NCBI RefSeq assembly: GCF_000238795.1
Contig: NZ_AFNK01000035.1
Location: forward strand, 1 to 64,000
Length of the DNA: 64,000 bases
Direction of reading: 5' to 3'
From: Haemophilus sputorum CCUG 13788
Lineage (GTDB): Bacteria; Pseudomonadota; Gammaproteobacteria; Enterobacterales; Pasteurellaceae
Positions within the stretch are counted from its first letter, which is position 1. Every line of letters begins with the position of its first letter. Below the pieces are notes generated by a model. That model did not search any database. It was not told the DNA's origin and saw nothing but the letters and a program-made list of their open reading frames with translations. This document shows, one piece after another, positions 22,163 to 32,001 of the stretch. Both the position numbers and the translations under genes were made by a program.

Positions 22163-24010
22163 TTGTTAAACCGTTTCCCATTGTGGAAGAACTTAATGAT
22201 CATCATCATCGTTCTGATTGGTGGTCTTTATGCACTTCCTAACTTATATGGAGAAGACCCTTCCGTCCAAATTTCTGGCACTCGTGGCCAAGAAGTCAAT
22301 ACGGAAACGCTTTCTCAAGTTGAGCATGCTTTAGCCAACGCCAATATTTCACCAAAATCTACGTTGTTAGAAAACAATGCGATTTTAGTGCGTTTAAATA
22401 GCGATGAGCAGCAACTTCCAGCAAAAGAAAAAATCGCAGAGGCACTTGGTGACAAATACTCTGTAGCGCTTAACCTTGCGCCAGCAACCCCTTCTTGGTT
22501 AACAGATGTGGGTGGTAGCCCAATGAAACGGGGCTTAGACTTACGTGGTGGTGTGCGATTTTTAATGGAAGTCGACATGAATACTGCCTTGCAAAAACAA
22601 CAAGACTCTTTGCAAGACAGCCTTCGTGGTGAATTTCGTCGTGAAAAACTGCAGTATAAATCGATGAAAAAAGGCGAAAATTTTGCCGTAGAAATCGAAT
22701 TTGCTGATAAAGATAACGCAGATAAAGCCGTACGTTATATTAAACGTAACCACCCAACACTTCAGGCATTACCCGTTTCTGAAAATACCGTCAATTTCTT
22801 ATTATCAGATCAAGGTTTAGCTGAAGCACGTGATAAAGCGATCGAGCAAAACTTATCAATTTTACGTAAGCGTGTTGAAGAATTAGGGGTTTCTGAACCA
22901 ACCATTCAACGTCAAGGTGCGGATCGTATTGTTGTAGAATTACCGGGTATCCAAGATACTGCTCGCGCAAAAGAGCTATTAGGTGCAACAGCAACACTAG
23001 AATTCCGTTTAGTGAATGATAGCGTCGCCCCAGATGCAGTAGCACGAGGCATTATTCCCGCAAACTCTGAAGTGAAATATAACCAACATGGCGATCCTGT
23101 TGTGTTATTACGTAGCCCTAAATTAGGCGGTGAGCATATTATTGATGCTAAATCTGAAAAAGGCGAAGGTGGCTTACCACAAGTAAGTATCACTTTAGAT
23201 TCAGAGGGCGGTAATCAAATGTCTGAGATTACTAAAACCTTCTATAAAAAAGGAATGGCTACACTTTATCGTGAATTTAAAGATTCTGGCCGCCGTGATG
23301 AAAATGGCAAAGTTATCTTAGAAAAACACGAAGAAATTATTAGCGTAGCAACCATTCAAGCTCGTTTTTCTAATAGATTCCAAGTTTCAGGTAGCATGAG
23401 CCAAGCGGAAGCACAGAACTTTGCCGTGTTACTACGTTCTGGTGCATTAATTGCGCCTATCGTAATTATCGAAGAGCGTACTATCGGAGCATCTCTTGGT
23501 GCAGATAACGTTGAAAAAGGGATGACGGCAGGGATGTATGGTTTAATCCTAACCATCTTCTTCTGTTTAGTTTACTATAAAGTCTTCGGCGTATTTGCTT
23601 CACTTGCTTTGACTGTAAACATGGTATTAACCATTGGTTTAATGTCTTTAATTGGCGCAACACTGACAATGCCGGGTATTGCAGGTATTGTATTAGCTGT
23701 TGGGATGTCGGTGGATGCCAACGTACTGATTTATGAACGGATTAAAGAAGAGCTTCGTAACGGACGTTCTGTTCAACAAGCGATTTATGAAGGCTATAGT
23801 GGCGCCTTTACCTCTATTTTTGACTCAAACTTAACCACGGTATTAACCGCATTAGTACTATATGCTGTGGGTACAGGTCCAGTAAAAGGCTTTGCAATTA
23901 CGCTTGCTTTAGGGGTAATGATCTCCATGTTTACTGCAATTACGGGAACGCGTATGTTAGTAAACTGGGTATATGGCGGAAATAAACGCGTGAAAAAACT
24001 TTGGATTTAA
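22163..24010 (+). CDS. secD: Protein translocase subunit SecD (TTG start)
   Basis: MLNRFPLWKNLMIII parallels the E. coli SecD N-terminus. 615 aa. Confidence 0.95.
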   Translation: MLNRFPLWKNLMIIIIVLIGGLYALPNLYGEDPSVQISGTRGQEVNTETLSQVEHALANANISPKSTLLENNAILVRLNSDEQQLPAKEKIAEALGDKYSVALNLAPATPSWLTDVGGSPMKRGLDLRGGVRFLMEVDMNTALQKQQDSLQDSLRGEFRREKLQYKSMKKGENFAVEIEFADKDNADKAVRYIKRNHPTLQALPVSENTVNFLLSDQGLAEARDKAIEQNLSILRKRVEELGVSEPTIQRQGADRIVVELPGIQDTARAKELLGATATLEFRLVNDSVAPDAVARGIIPANSEVKYNQHGDPVVLLRSPKLGGEHIIDAKSEKGEGGLPQVSITLDSEGGNQMSEITKTFYKKGMATLYREFKDSGRRDENGKVILEKHEEIISVATIQARFSNRFQVSGSMSQAEAQNFAVLLRSGALIAPIVIIEERTIGASLGADNVEKGMTAGMYGLILTIFFCLVYYKVFGVFASLALTVNMVLTIGLMSLIGATLTMPGIAGIVLAVGMSVDANVLIYERIKEELRNGRSVQQAIYEGYSGAFTSIFDSNLTTVLTALVLYAVGTGPVKGFAITLALGVMISMFTAITGTRMLVNWVYGGNKRVKKLWI

Positions 24011-24011
24011 G

Positions 24012-24995
24012 GTGGAATCAATGACTGTTAATGTTAAAGAAAAAGATATTGCAGAAGTAAAACTGCCTTATAAACTCATACCGTTTATGAAGTACCGCTT
24101 CATCGGTTATGCCTTTTCATTGTTAATAACTGCATTTTGTATTTTTACTATTGCAACTAAAGGCTTTAACTGGGGGTTAGATTTTACTGGTGGTACGGTA
24201 ATTGAAACAACCTTCTCACAACCAGCAGATCTAGAGAAAGTTCGTGTTTCGTTAGAAAAAGAAGGCTATGGCAGTGCATTAGTACAAACAACCGGTAGCC
24301 TAAAAGATTTAATGATTCGCTTACCTGCTTCAGCTGGTGATAAAGACCTCGGTAATAAAATTATCAACATGGTACACCGCGATCTCGATCAAAATGCCAC
24401 CATTAAGAGTGTTGAGTTCGTAGGGCCAAACGTAGGTGAAGAACTGACTCAAGGGGCAATTTATGCCACTTTAGCAACTTTAGCGATGTTATTACTCTAT
24501 GTTGGTAGCCGATTTGAGATTCGTTTAGCTGTCGGTGGGGTGCTTGCACTCTTCCACGATGTTATCGTAACTTTGGGGGTCTTCTCTTATCTACAAATTG
24601 AAGTAGATTTAACCTTTGTGGCTGCAATTCTGTCTGTAGTTGGTTACTCGCTAAATGACTCCATCGTGGTATTTGACCGTGTGCGTGAAAACTTCAGTAA
24701 AATCCGCCGTGTAAGCTCAAAAGAAGTTATTGATATTTCATTAAGCCAAACGCTTTCACGAACATTGATGACCTCTATCACAACATTATTCGTGGTTGCA
24801 GCATTATACTGGTTTGGTGGACCAACCATTCATAGCTTCTCATTAGCGCTATTGATTGGTATTGGTTTCGGGACTTACTCTTCAATCTATATTGCTATCG
24901 GCGTAGCATTAGAATTAGGTTTAACCCGTGAACATATGAATAAACCGGTAGTGGAAAAAGAAGGGGCAAATACAGATTCCTTTATTGATTACTAA
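24012..24995 (+). CDS. secF: Protein translocase subunit SecF
   Basis: GFNWGLDFTGGTVIE...SLNDSIVVFDRVRENF aligns to E. coli SecF. Start is GTG 24012 or ATG 24021. Confidence 0.9.
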   Translation: MESMTVNVKEKDIAEVKLPYKLIPFMKYRFIGYAFSLLITAFCIFTIATKGFNWGLDFTGGTVIETTFSQPADLEKVRVSLEKEGYGSALVQTTGSLKDLMIRLPASAGDKDLGNKIINMVHRDLDQNATIKSVEFVGPNVGEELTQGAIYATLATLAMLLLYVGSRFEIRLAVGGVLALFHDVIVTLGVFSYLQIEVDLTFVAAILSVVGYSLNDSIVVFDRVRENFSKIRRVSSKEVIDISLSQTLSRTLMTSITTLFVVAALYWFGGPTIHSFSLALLIGIGFGTYSSIYIAIGVALELGLTREHMNKPVVEKEGANTDSFIDY

Positions 24996-25337
24996 TTTAG
25001 AATCTGTTTAATCCATTTAAAAGGCGTGCTAATTGGCACGCCTTTTTCATATTTATTGAAAATTTTCTCAAAAATTACTTTACTTTTTATCTTAACGGGA
25101 TTAAATTCATTCTCATTTAAAGCTCGCAAATGAGAATACTTTTTATTTAAATCGTTTAAACTTATCAAAAATTAAAATTTATTAGAAAAAACCTATCTAA
25201 ATACTTGATTAGTTTTTCTTCCTTTACTATAATGGTTGTGTTTTAAGGGCAGATTGATTCTGTCCTTTGCTATATTAAAATTTAGAAATGAGATTGGCTC
25301 TCATTTCATTAACATTATCTTTACACAAGGAGTAAAA

Positions 25338-25838
25338 ATGTTACAACAATCTATTATTGATAAGCTCAATGAGCAAATCAACCTAGAGTTCTACTCTTCA
25401 AATGTTTATCTTCAAATGTCTGCATGGTGTTCAAAACATGGTTTTACTGGTGCAGCAGACTTCTTACTTCGTCACGCAGATGAAGAATTAGAGCACATGC
25501 AAAAATTATTTGACTATGTTTGCGAAACGGGTGCAACACCATTATTAGGCAAAATTGAAGCACCTCGTAAAGAATATGCTTCATTAAAAGAGCTATTTGA
25601 TGTTGTGTTTGCACACGAAAAACACGTTACTGCAAAAATCAACGAATTAGTTGAAGTAACATTTGCAGCAAAAGATTACTCAACCTTCAACTTCCTACAA
25701 TGGTATGTGGCTGAGCAACATGAAGAAGAGAAATTATTCGGTGAAATCTTAGACAAATTCGCAGTTGCAGGTGAAACCAATAAATCACTTTACTTCATCG
25801 ACAAAGACTTAGAAACTTTAGACCAAGGAGCTGAATAA
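25338..25838 (+). CDS. ftnA: Bacterial non-heme ferritin
   Basis: 166 aa. Ferroxidase-centre residues in the ferritin fold ([14 protein letters not shown]...EELEHMQKL...AEQHEEE). The first of two tandem ferritin genes, as in Haemophilus. Confidence 0.85.
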   Translation: MLQQSIIDKLNEQINLEFYSSNVYLQMSAWCSKHGFTGAADFLLRHADEELEHMQKLFDYVCETGATPLLGKIEAPRKEYASLKELFDVVFAHEKHVTAKINELVEVTFAAKDYSTFNFLQWYVAEQHEEEKLFGEILDKFAVAGETNKSLYFIDKDLETLDQGAE

Positions 25839-26335
25839 TGTTATCTCAAAACATCGTAAAATACTTAAACGACCAATTAAACTTAGAATTCTATTCTTCA
25901 AATGTGTACCTTCAAATGTCTGCTTGGGCAGATAACAATGGTTTCCCAGGTGCAGCAAAATTCTTAAAAGCGCACGCAACAGAAGAAATGGAACATATGC
26001 GTCGTTTATTCACTTACTTAAACGAAACTGGTGCATTAGCAGAAATCTATGCAATTGAAGCACCAAAAGCAAAATATGATTCTTTAAAATCATTATTTGA
26101 AACCGTTTTCGAGCACGAAAAACACGTTACTGCAAAAATCAACGAATTAGTTGAAGTTGCATTTGATGCAAAAGACTACTCAACCTTCAACTTCTTACAA
26201 TGGTATGTTGCAGAACAACACGAAGAAGAGTTCTTATTCAACTCTATCTTAAACAAATTCCGTTTATTAGGTGAAGATGGTAAAGCGCTATACTATATCG
26301 ATAAAGATTTAGAAAAAATGGCAGCAGCACACTAA
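25838..26335 (+). CDS. ftnB: Bacterial non-heme ferritin, second tandem paralog
   Basis: 165 aa, ~60% identical to the upstream ferritin. Its start overlaps the upstream stop (TAATG). Confidence 0.85.
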   Translation: MLSQNIVKYLNDQLNLEFYSSNVYLQMSAWADNNGFPGAAKFLKAHATEEMEHMRRLFTYLNETGALAEIYAIEAPKAKYDSLKSLFETVFEHEKHVTAKINELVEVAFDAKDYSTFNFLQWYVAEQHEEEFLFNSILNKFRLLGEDGKALYYIDKDLEKMAAAH

Positions 26336-26356
26336 TTTTCGTTTAGCTTAAAGTAC

Positions 26357-26421
26357 ACAAGCGGTTGATTTTCTTACGAAGTTTGCAAATTGCAAATCAG
26401 GTATAAAAATCAACCGCTTGT
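26357..26421. terminator. Inverted USS pair forming a long hairpin after ftnB
   Basis: acaagcggttgattttc ... gaaaatcaaccgcttgt: 17-bp perfectly complementary arms, each containing an Apl-type USS, followed by tttt. Confidence 0.55.
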
Positions 26422-26508
26422 TTTATATTAAATTAAGCAAACGTTTGCTTATTAAAATCGGATTCTGTAAAATCTGTACCTCATTTTTCCTTTGAGGTCT
26501 TTTTTTTT

Positions 26509-27810
26509 ATGTCATTATTCGATTTTGAAGGGCGAGGCTCTAATGTCCGCCAAGAAGTTATCGCTGGATTAACCACCTTTTTAGCAATGGTTTACTCGGT
26601 CATTGTTGTGCCAGGTATGTTAAGCCAAGCCGGCTTTCCAGCTGAATCTGTCTTTATTGCTACCTGTTTAGTTTCAGGCATTGGCTCGATTATCATTGGC
26701 TTATGGGCAAATGCGCCAATGGCAATTGGTTGTGCGATTTCTCTTACAGCCTTTACTGCATTTAGTTTAGTGTTAGGTCAAAAAATCGAAATCCCTGTTG
26801 CACTTGGTGCGATTTTCTTAATGGGTGTGCTTTTTACCTTAATTTCTGTTACTGGTATTCGCTCTTGGATCTTACGCAATCTTCCATCTAGCATCGCACA
26901 TGGTGCAGGTATCGGGATTGGACTATTCTTATTATTGATTGCAGCAACCAACGTAAAATTAGTGATCAACAGCGGTTTAGCGATTCCGGTTAAAATGGGC
27001 GATTTTACTTCATTCCCCGTCATGATGTCGTTACTTGGCTTAGCGGCTATCATCGGCTTAGAACGCTTAAAAGTGAAGGGTTCGATTTTATGGGTAATTA
27101 TTGCAATTACGATCATCGGCTTAATCTTCGATCCTTCTGTAAAATATAGTGGTTTTATTAAACTGCCTACTTTTGGTGAAAACTCTCAATTCTTAAGCTT
27201 AGACATCATGGGTGCACTGAATGCCGCTGTATTACCAATTGTATTTGCCTTAGTGATGACGGCTATTTTCGATGCAACTGGCACTATCCGCGCGGTAGCT
27301 GGACAAGCAAATTTATTAGATAAAGATGGACAAATCATCAACGGTGGGCGTGCTTTAACCTCTGATTCTTTAAGCTCTATTCTTTCAGGTTTATTCGGTA
27401 CAGCCCCTGCTGCCGTTTATATTGAATCTGCTGCTGGTACTGCAGTTGGCGGTAAAACAGGCTTAACGGCCGTAGTTGTTGGTATTGGTTTCTTATTAAT
27501 GCTCTTTTTCCAACCGCTTGCATTTTTAGTACCACCTTATGCGACAGCACCAGCATTGATGTATGTTGGCTTATTGATGTTGAGTAACGTATCTAAATTA
27601 GATTTCAACGACTTTATTGGCGCAATGGCAGGTTTAATTTGTGCAGTATTTATCGTATTAACCAGCAACATCGTTACTGGCATTATGCTAGGCTTTGCTA
27701 GCCTTGTAATTGGTCGTGTAATTGCTGGAGAATTCAAAAAATTAAATCTCGGTACGGTTATTATTGCCGTTGTATTAGTTGCTTTCTATGCATTTAATTT
27801 AGCGATTTAA
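26509..27810 (+). CDS. ghxP: NCS2-family guanine/hypoxanthine permease
   Basis: [25 protein letters not shown]...[16 protein letters not shown]...[14 protein letters not shown] is near-identical to E. coli GhxP (YjcD) across the whole protein. Confidence 0.8.
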   Translation: MSLFDFEGRGSNVRQEVIAGLTTFLAMVYSVIVVPGMLSQAGFPAESVFIATCLVSGIGSIIIGLWANAPMAIGCAISLTAFTAFSLVLGQKIEIPVALGAIFLMGVLFTLISVTGIRSWILRNLPSSIAHGAGIGIGLFLLLIAATNVKLVINSGLAIPVKMGDFTSFPVMMSLLGLAAIIGLERLKVKGSILWVIIAITIIGLIFDPSVKYSGFIKLPTFGENSQFLSLDIMGALNAAVLPIVFALVMTAIFDATGTIRAVAGQANLLDKDGQIINGGRALTSDSLSSILSGLFGTAPAAVYIESAAGTAVGGKTGLTAVVVGIGFLLMLFFQPLAFLVPPYATAPALMYVGLLMLSNVSKLDFNDFIGAMAGLICAVFIVLTSNIVTGIMLGFASLVIGRVIAGEFKKLNLGTVIIAVVLVAFYAFNLAI

Positions 27811-27827
27811 TTCTTCTTTTGGCACAA

Positions 27828-27880
27828 AAAAGCGGTGGAGTTGCAAAAAGTTTCGCAAAATCCACCGCTTGTCTTTTATT
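27828..27880. terminator. Bidirectional terminator between ghxP and the flotillin gene
   Basis: aaaaagcggtggag ... ctccaccgcttgtctttt: inverted repeat built on a USS and a USS-like arm, with a T-run. Confidence 0.5.
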
Positions 27881-27887
27881 AAATGAA

Positions 27888-29321
27888 CTATTTCGCTTCA
27901 GGTTCAGATTGATTTCCCGCAGGTTTAGTGCCTAAGAATTTATCAATCACCGCTTTACCTAAATCAGATTGATTCAACCCTTCCAACGCTGCTGCAATTT
28001 TCGTACCGCCTGTAGAGCTAAATAATTCCCCTACACGGGTAAGCCCTTTATCGACTTTTTCATCATTGATGATAAATTTCATCTCAGAATGAGAAAGTGC
28101 TTTTGCTTGTTCAATACCAATTGCTTGATTTGCTTCAATTTGGCGAATACTAATCAAATAATGTTGATAACCTTCATTTCCACCAATCTCTTTTGCCAAC
28201 TCAATTTGACCAGACACCATAGAAACTTCCAATTTTTGTTTCGCTTCTGCTTCTGCCGCACCAATTTTGGCAATACCTTGCGCTTCTTTATCTTTGGTTT
28301 CTAATAAAGCTTCTGCGGCTAAGAAGGCTTTTTGTTTCTCCCCTTCTGCCACTAAAATTTGATGCTGACGTTCTGCCTCAGAATCAATAATTAACGCATT
28401 TTTATTCGCTTCTGCTTTAATTTCCTGCGTACGTTTTTCTTGATCAGCTTTCACAATTTCAACATCTTTTGCAATTTCAGCTTGTTTTACTTCTGCAACA
28501 CGTTTAACGTCCATTTCACGTTCTTTGGTGATTTTTTCTTGTTCTTTCACCAATTGTTGCGCTTGCTCATTAGAAACAGCAACCTCACGTTGATTTTCAA
28601 CCGTTTTCAACCCTACCGCTTTTTCTGCTTCTTGTTGTTTTACATCAGCTTCTTTTTTCGCTTCAATTTCTGCAATTTGCGCTTCTTTTTGGTTGCGTGC
28701 GACTTCAACACGACTCTCTTTTTCAATAAAAGATTTTTTAATTTCCATAATATTGAAAATTACTTTAGAGTTGCCGCTATCGCGAATATCCATCAGTTCA
28801 ATATTTTTAACTGGCTCAATCCCCCAGCTTTTGAGCTGTTCTTTAACTGCCATTGTAAAATCATCGCCCAGTTCAGAACGCACTTGCAAAATGTCGTTTA
28901 AGTTACGGCTAGAGAGAATCGAACGCACCGAACCTTGAATAATATCCACCAACTGCACATTCATATCATGAAAATCTGATACACGTTGCGCTGCTAAATT
29001 AGAATCAGATACGCGGAAAAACGCGGTGATATCTACAACAAAGGGTAAACGCTCTAAATCATAGGCTTCATAGTTATCAATTTTAATTGAGAACACTGAC
29101 ACCGGTAGCACAATCGTACTCACCCCGATTAACGGTAGCCAAGACGGGAACGCATAATAAACGTTACCATTACCGGTATCTTTACCATATGAGGTTGTTT
29201 TGCCGCCAGACTGCACAATATGCACTTCATTGGTTTTCACCACCCGACGAAATAATAATGCCACTACTAAAAATATAGCGAGTAGCACAATAACAGCAAT
29301 GACTGGAATGATAATTTCCAT
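27888..29321 (-). CDS. Flotillin-like SPFH/band-7 membrane protein (YqiK-like)
   Basis: N-terminal transmembrane helix (start MEIIIPVIAV with strong aggag RBS), SPFH domain, then a long Glu/Lys/Ala-rich coiled coil. Confidence 0.7.
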   Translation of the reverse strand: MEIIIPVIAVIVLLAIFLVVALLFRRVVKTNEVHIVQSGGKTTSYGKDTGNGNVYYAFPSWLPLIGVSTIVLPVSVFSIKIDNYEAYDLERLPFVVDITAFFRVSDSNLAAQRVSDFHDMNVQLVDIIQGSVRSILSSRNLNDILQVRSELGDDFTMAVKEQLKSWGIEPVKNIELMDIRDSGNSKVIFNIMEIKKSFIEKESRVEVARNQKEAQIAEIEAKKEADVKQQEAEKAVGLKTVENQREVAVSNEQAQQLVKEQEKITKEREMDVKRVAEVKQAEIAKDVEIVKADQEKRTQEIKAEANKNALIIDSEAERQHQILVAEGEKQKAFLAAEALLETKDKEAQGIAKIGAAEAEAKQKLEVSMVSGQIELAKEIGGNEGYQHYLISIRQIEANQAIGIEQAKALSHSEMKFIINDEKVDKGLTRVGELFSSTGGTKIAAALEGLNQSDLGKAVIDKFLGTKPAGNQSEPEAK

Positions 29322-29540
29322 GATGACTCCTTGTTGATAAGAATTGCCGAAAGATAGCGCAAATATAGAAACCAAGCGGTCAAAATGCAAGATGCTTTTG
29401 CAAAAAAGCCTAAAAATGATAGGAATTTGTGTTTTTAGTTATAGCATATCGCTTTTTTATCTAATAACTACTGCGCTAAACGGTTGTAAATCTTTAGCTA
29501 TCGCCTATGATAGGCACATCATTTATATAGGAGAAACAAT

Positions 29541-30083
29541 ATGTCAACATTCCAAATTCATACCATCGAAACCGCACCAGCTGAAGCAAAAGAAGCTTTA
29601 CAAGCCGTACAAAATGCAAACGGTTTTATTCCTAATTTAATCGGCGTTTTAGCCAATGCGCCTACTGCGCTTGAAACTTACCGCACCGTAGGTGGCATCA
29701 ACAATCGCAACAGTTTAACTGCGATTGAGCGCGAAGTGGTGCAAATTACTGCAGCCGTCGTTAATGGTTGTGGTTTCTGTGTTGCAGGCCATACTAAAAT
29801 TGCTTTAAAAGCCTTAAAAGCACCAGAAGAATTAGTCAAAGCAATCCGTGAAACCGCGCGTATTGAAGATGAAAAATTAGATGCCCTTGCACGTTTTACC
29901 CTTGCTGTTATCTTACAAAAAGCTCAATTAACCGAAGCACAATTAGCAGCCTTCTTCAAAGTTGGCTACAACCAACAAAATGCAATTGATGTCATTCTCG
30001 GTGTTAGCCTTGCTACCCTTTGCAACTATGTAAACAACATCGCAAAAACCCCAATCAACCCAGAATTACAAGATTTTGCATAA
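29541..30083 (+). CDS. Carboxymuconolactone decarboxylase / AhpD-like family protein
   Basis: 180 aa carrying an AhpD-type C-x-x-C-x-x-H motif (NGCGFCVAGH). Confidence 0.55.
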   Translation: MSTFQIHTIETAPAEAKEALQAVQNANGFIPNLIGVLANAPTALETYRTVGGINNRNSLTAIEREVVQITAAVVNGCGFCVAGHTKIALKALKAPEELVKAIRETARIEDEKLDALARFTLAVILQKAQLTEAQLAAFFKVGYNQQNAIDVILGVSLATLCNYVNNIAKTPINPELQDFA

Positions 30084-30330
30084 TGTTGTAAAAATATAAC
30101 CGCTTGTTAGACAAAAAGGACTGAAATTGATTATAAAATCAAAATCAGTCCTTTTGGTTTTTAAGTATATTCTTTCTATCTCATATTATTTTCGATAAGC
30201 CCCATTCTGCTGTGTTTATTTAATAAGATAAAAACTATTTTGCCATTCATTACTTGCTATTTTTTAGATAGAATACTTGCCATTTATACCTACTATTTAA
30301 AGTTACCCGAAATCAGAAGGATATACATTT

Positions 30331-32001
30331 ATGGATAAGCCAGAAACCACTAAAAATGCGCTTGATAACCCCGCTTTACAACAAGCCTTCCTAAACGATC
30401 TAGATGAAAAACTTTGGTCATCTGCCGATAAACTGCGCCAGCAGCTTGATGCTGCCAATTACAAACACATCGTACTCGGCCTCATTTTCCTGAAATACAT
30501 CTCCGACAGCTTCACCCATCAGCAAGAAAAAATTCAGGCTGAACTGACCGATCCTGAAAACGCTCTCTATCTTGACCGCACTTTTTACGATACAGACGAA
30601 GAATATCAAGAAGCCTTAACCGTCGAACTGGAAAACCGCGACTACTACACCGCCGACAATGTGTTTTGGGTGCCGCAACAAGCCCGTTGGGACGAAATTA
30701 AAGCCGTTTCCATCTTAAACATCGGCGCAGAGCTGCCTTGGGGAGGGAAATTTTCCGGCGTGGCCAAACTGATTGACGATGCCTTCGATGCCATTGAAAA
30801 AGATAACGAAAAACTCAAAGGCGTACTCCAACGCATCAGCGGCTATGCCGTAAACGAAGACACCCTGCGCGGGCTGATTATCCTCTTCTCCGATACCAAC
30901 TTTACCCGCCCGACTTACAACGGCAAGTCCGTGCATTTGGGTGCAAAAGACATTCTCGGCCACGTTTACGAATACTTCCTCGGTCGCTTTGCCCAAGCCG
31001 AAGGCAAACGCGGCGGGCAATATTTCACGCCGAAATCCATTGTTTCCCTGATTGTCGAAATGCTCGAGCCATACTCCGGCCGCGTCTATGACCCGGCTAT
31101 GGGCAGCGGCGGCTTTTTCGTGCAAACCGAACGCTTTATCACCGCCCACCAAGGCAACATCAACAACGTGTCTATCTACGGGCAAGAATTCAACCCGACC
31201 ACATGGAAGCTCGCTGCGATGAATATGGCGATTCGTGGCATTGATTACGACTTCGGCAAACACAATGCTGACAGCTTCACCCAGCCGCAACACATCGACA
31301 AAAAGATGGATTTCATTATGGCAAACCCGCCATTCAACATCAGCGATTGGTGGAGCGAATCCCTAGCCGACGACCCACGTTGGGCATACGGCACGCCGCC
31401 CAAAGGCAACGCCAATTTCGCTTGGCTGCAACACATGATTTACCACCTCTCGCCAAACGGCAAAATGGCATTATTGCTGGCCAACGGCTCCATGAGCAGC
31501 CAAACCAACAACGAAGGCGAAATCCGCAAAGCCATCATCAATGCCGACTTGGTGGAATGTATGGTTGCCCTGCCCGGCCAGCTCTTCACCAATACCCAAA
31601 TCCCCGCCTGTATTTGGTTCTTAAACCGCAACAAAAAGCGCAAAGGCGAAGTGTTGTTTATCGATGCCCGCCAAATCGGCTATATGAAAGACCGCGTATT
31701 GCGCGATTTCACCTCTGACGACATCGCCAAAATTGCCAACACCCTCCACGCTTGGCAAAAATCAGACGGCTATGAAGACCAAGCCGCCTTCTGCAAATCC
31801 GCTACGTTAGAAGAGATTAAAGACAACGACTTCGTCCTCACACCGGGGCGCTATGTCGGCACCGCAGAACAAGAAGACGACGGCGTACCATTTGCAGAAA
31901 AAATGCAAAATCTGACCGCTCTTTTGAAGGAACAGTTTGCGAAGAGTGCGGAATTGGAAGCGGAGATTAAGAAGAATTTAGGGGGATTGGGTTATGAGTG
32001 A
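30331..32001 (+). CDS. hsdM: Type I restriction-modification system, methyltransferase subunit HsdM
   Basis: N-terminal HsdM domain (LWSSADKLRQQLDAANYKHIVLGLIFLKYISD). AdoMet motif DPAMGSGGF. Catalytic NPPF (IMANPPFN). 556 aa. GC content is clearly higher than the flanks. Confidence 0.9.
   Translation: MDKPETTKNALDNPALQQAFLNDLDEKLWSSADKLRQQLDAANYKHIVLGLIFLKYISDSFTHQQEKIQAELTDPENALYLDRTFYDTDEEYQEALTVELENRDYYTADNVFWVPQQARWDEIKAVSILNIGAELPWGGKFSGVAKLIDDAFDAIEKDNEKLKGVLQRISGYAVNEDTLRGLIILFSDTNFTRPTYNGKSVHLGAKDILGHVYEYFLGRFAQAEGKRGGQYFTPKSIVSLIVEMLEPYSGRVYDPAMGSGGFFVQTERFITAHQGNINNVSIYGQEFNPTTWKLAAMNMAIRGIDYDFGKHNADSFTQPQHIDKKMDFIMANPPFNISDWWSESLADDPRWAYGTPPKGNANFAWLQHMIYHLSPNGKMALLLANGSMSSQTNNEGEIRKAIINADLVECMVALPGQLFTNTQIPACIWFLNRNKKRKGEVLFIDARQIGYMKDRVLRDFTSDDIAKIANTLHAWQKSDGYEDQAAFCKSATLEEIKDNDFVLTPGRYVGTAEQEDDGVPFAEKMQNLTALLKEQFAKSAELEAEIKKNLGGLGYE

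Noticed and set aside
28089-28938. Plus-strand ORFs inside the flotillin-like gene
   Set aside because: Antisense to a coiled-coil Glu/Lys-rich region, giving Phe/Leu-rich artefacts.
30715-31293. 192-aa ORF antisense to hsdM, plus other antisense ORFs in hsdM and hsdR (30418-30836, 31245-31718, 34631-35080, 35917-36592)
   Set aside because: Long antisense ORFs are expected in the GC-rich foreign segment, where stop codons are rarer. No start or RBS context. They overlap conserved HsdM/HsdR coding.
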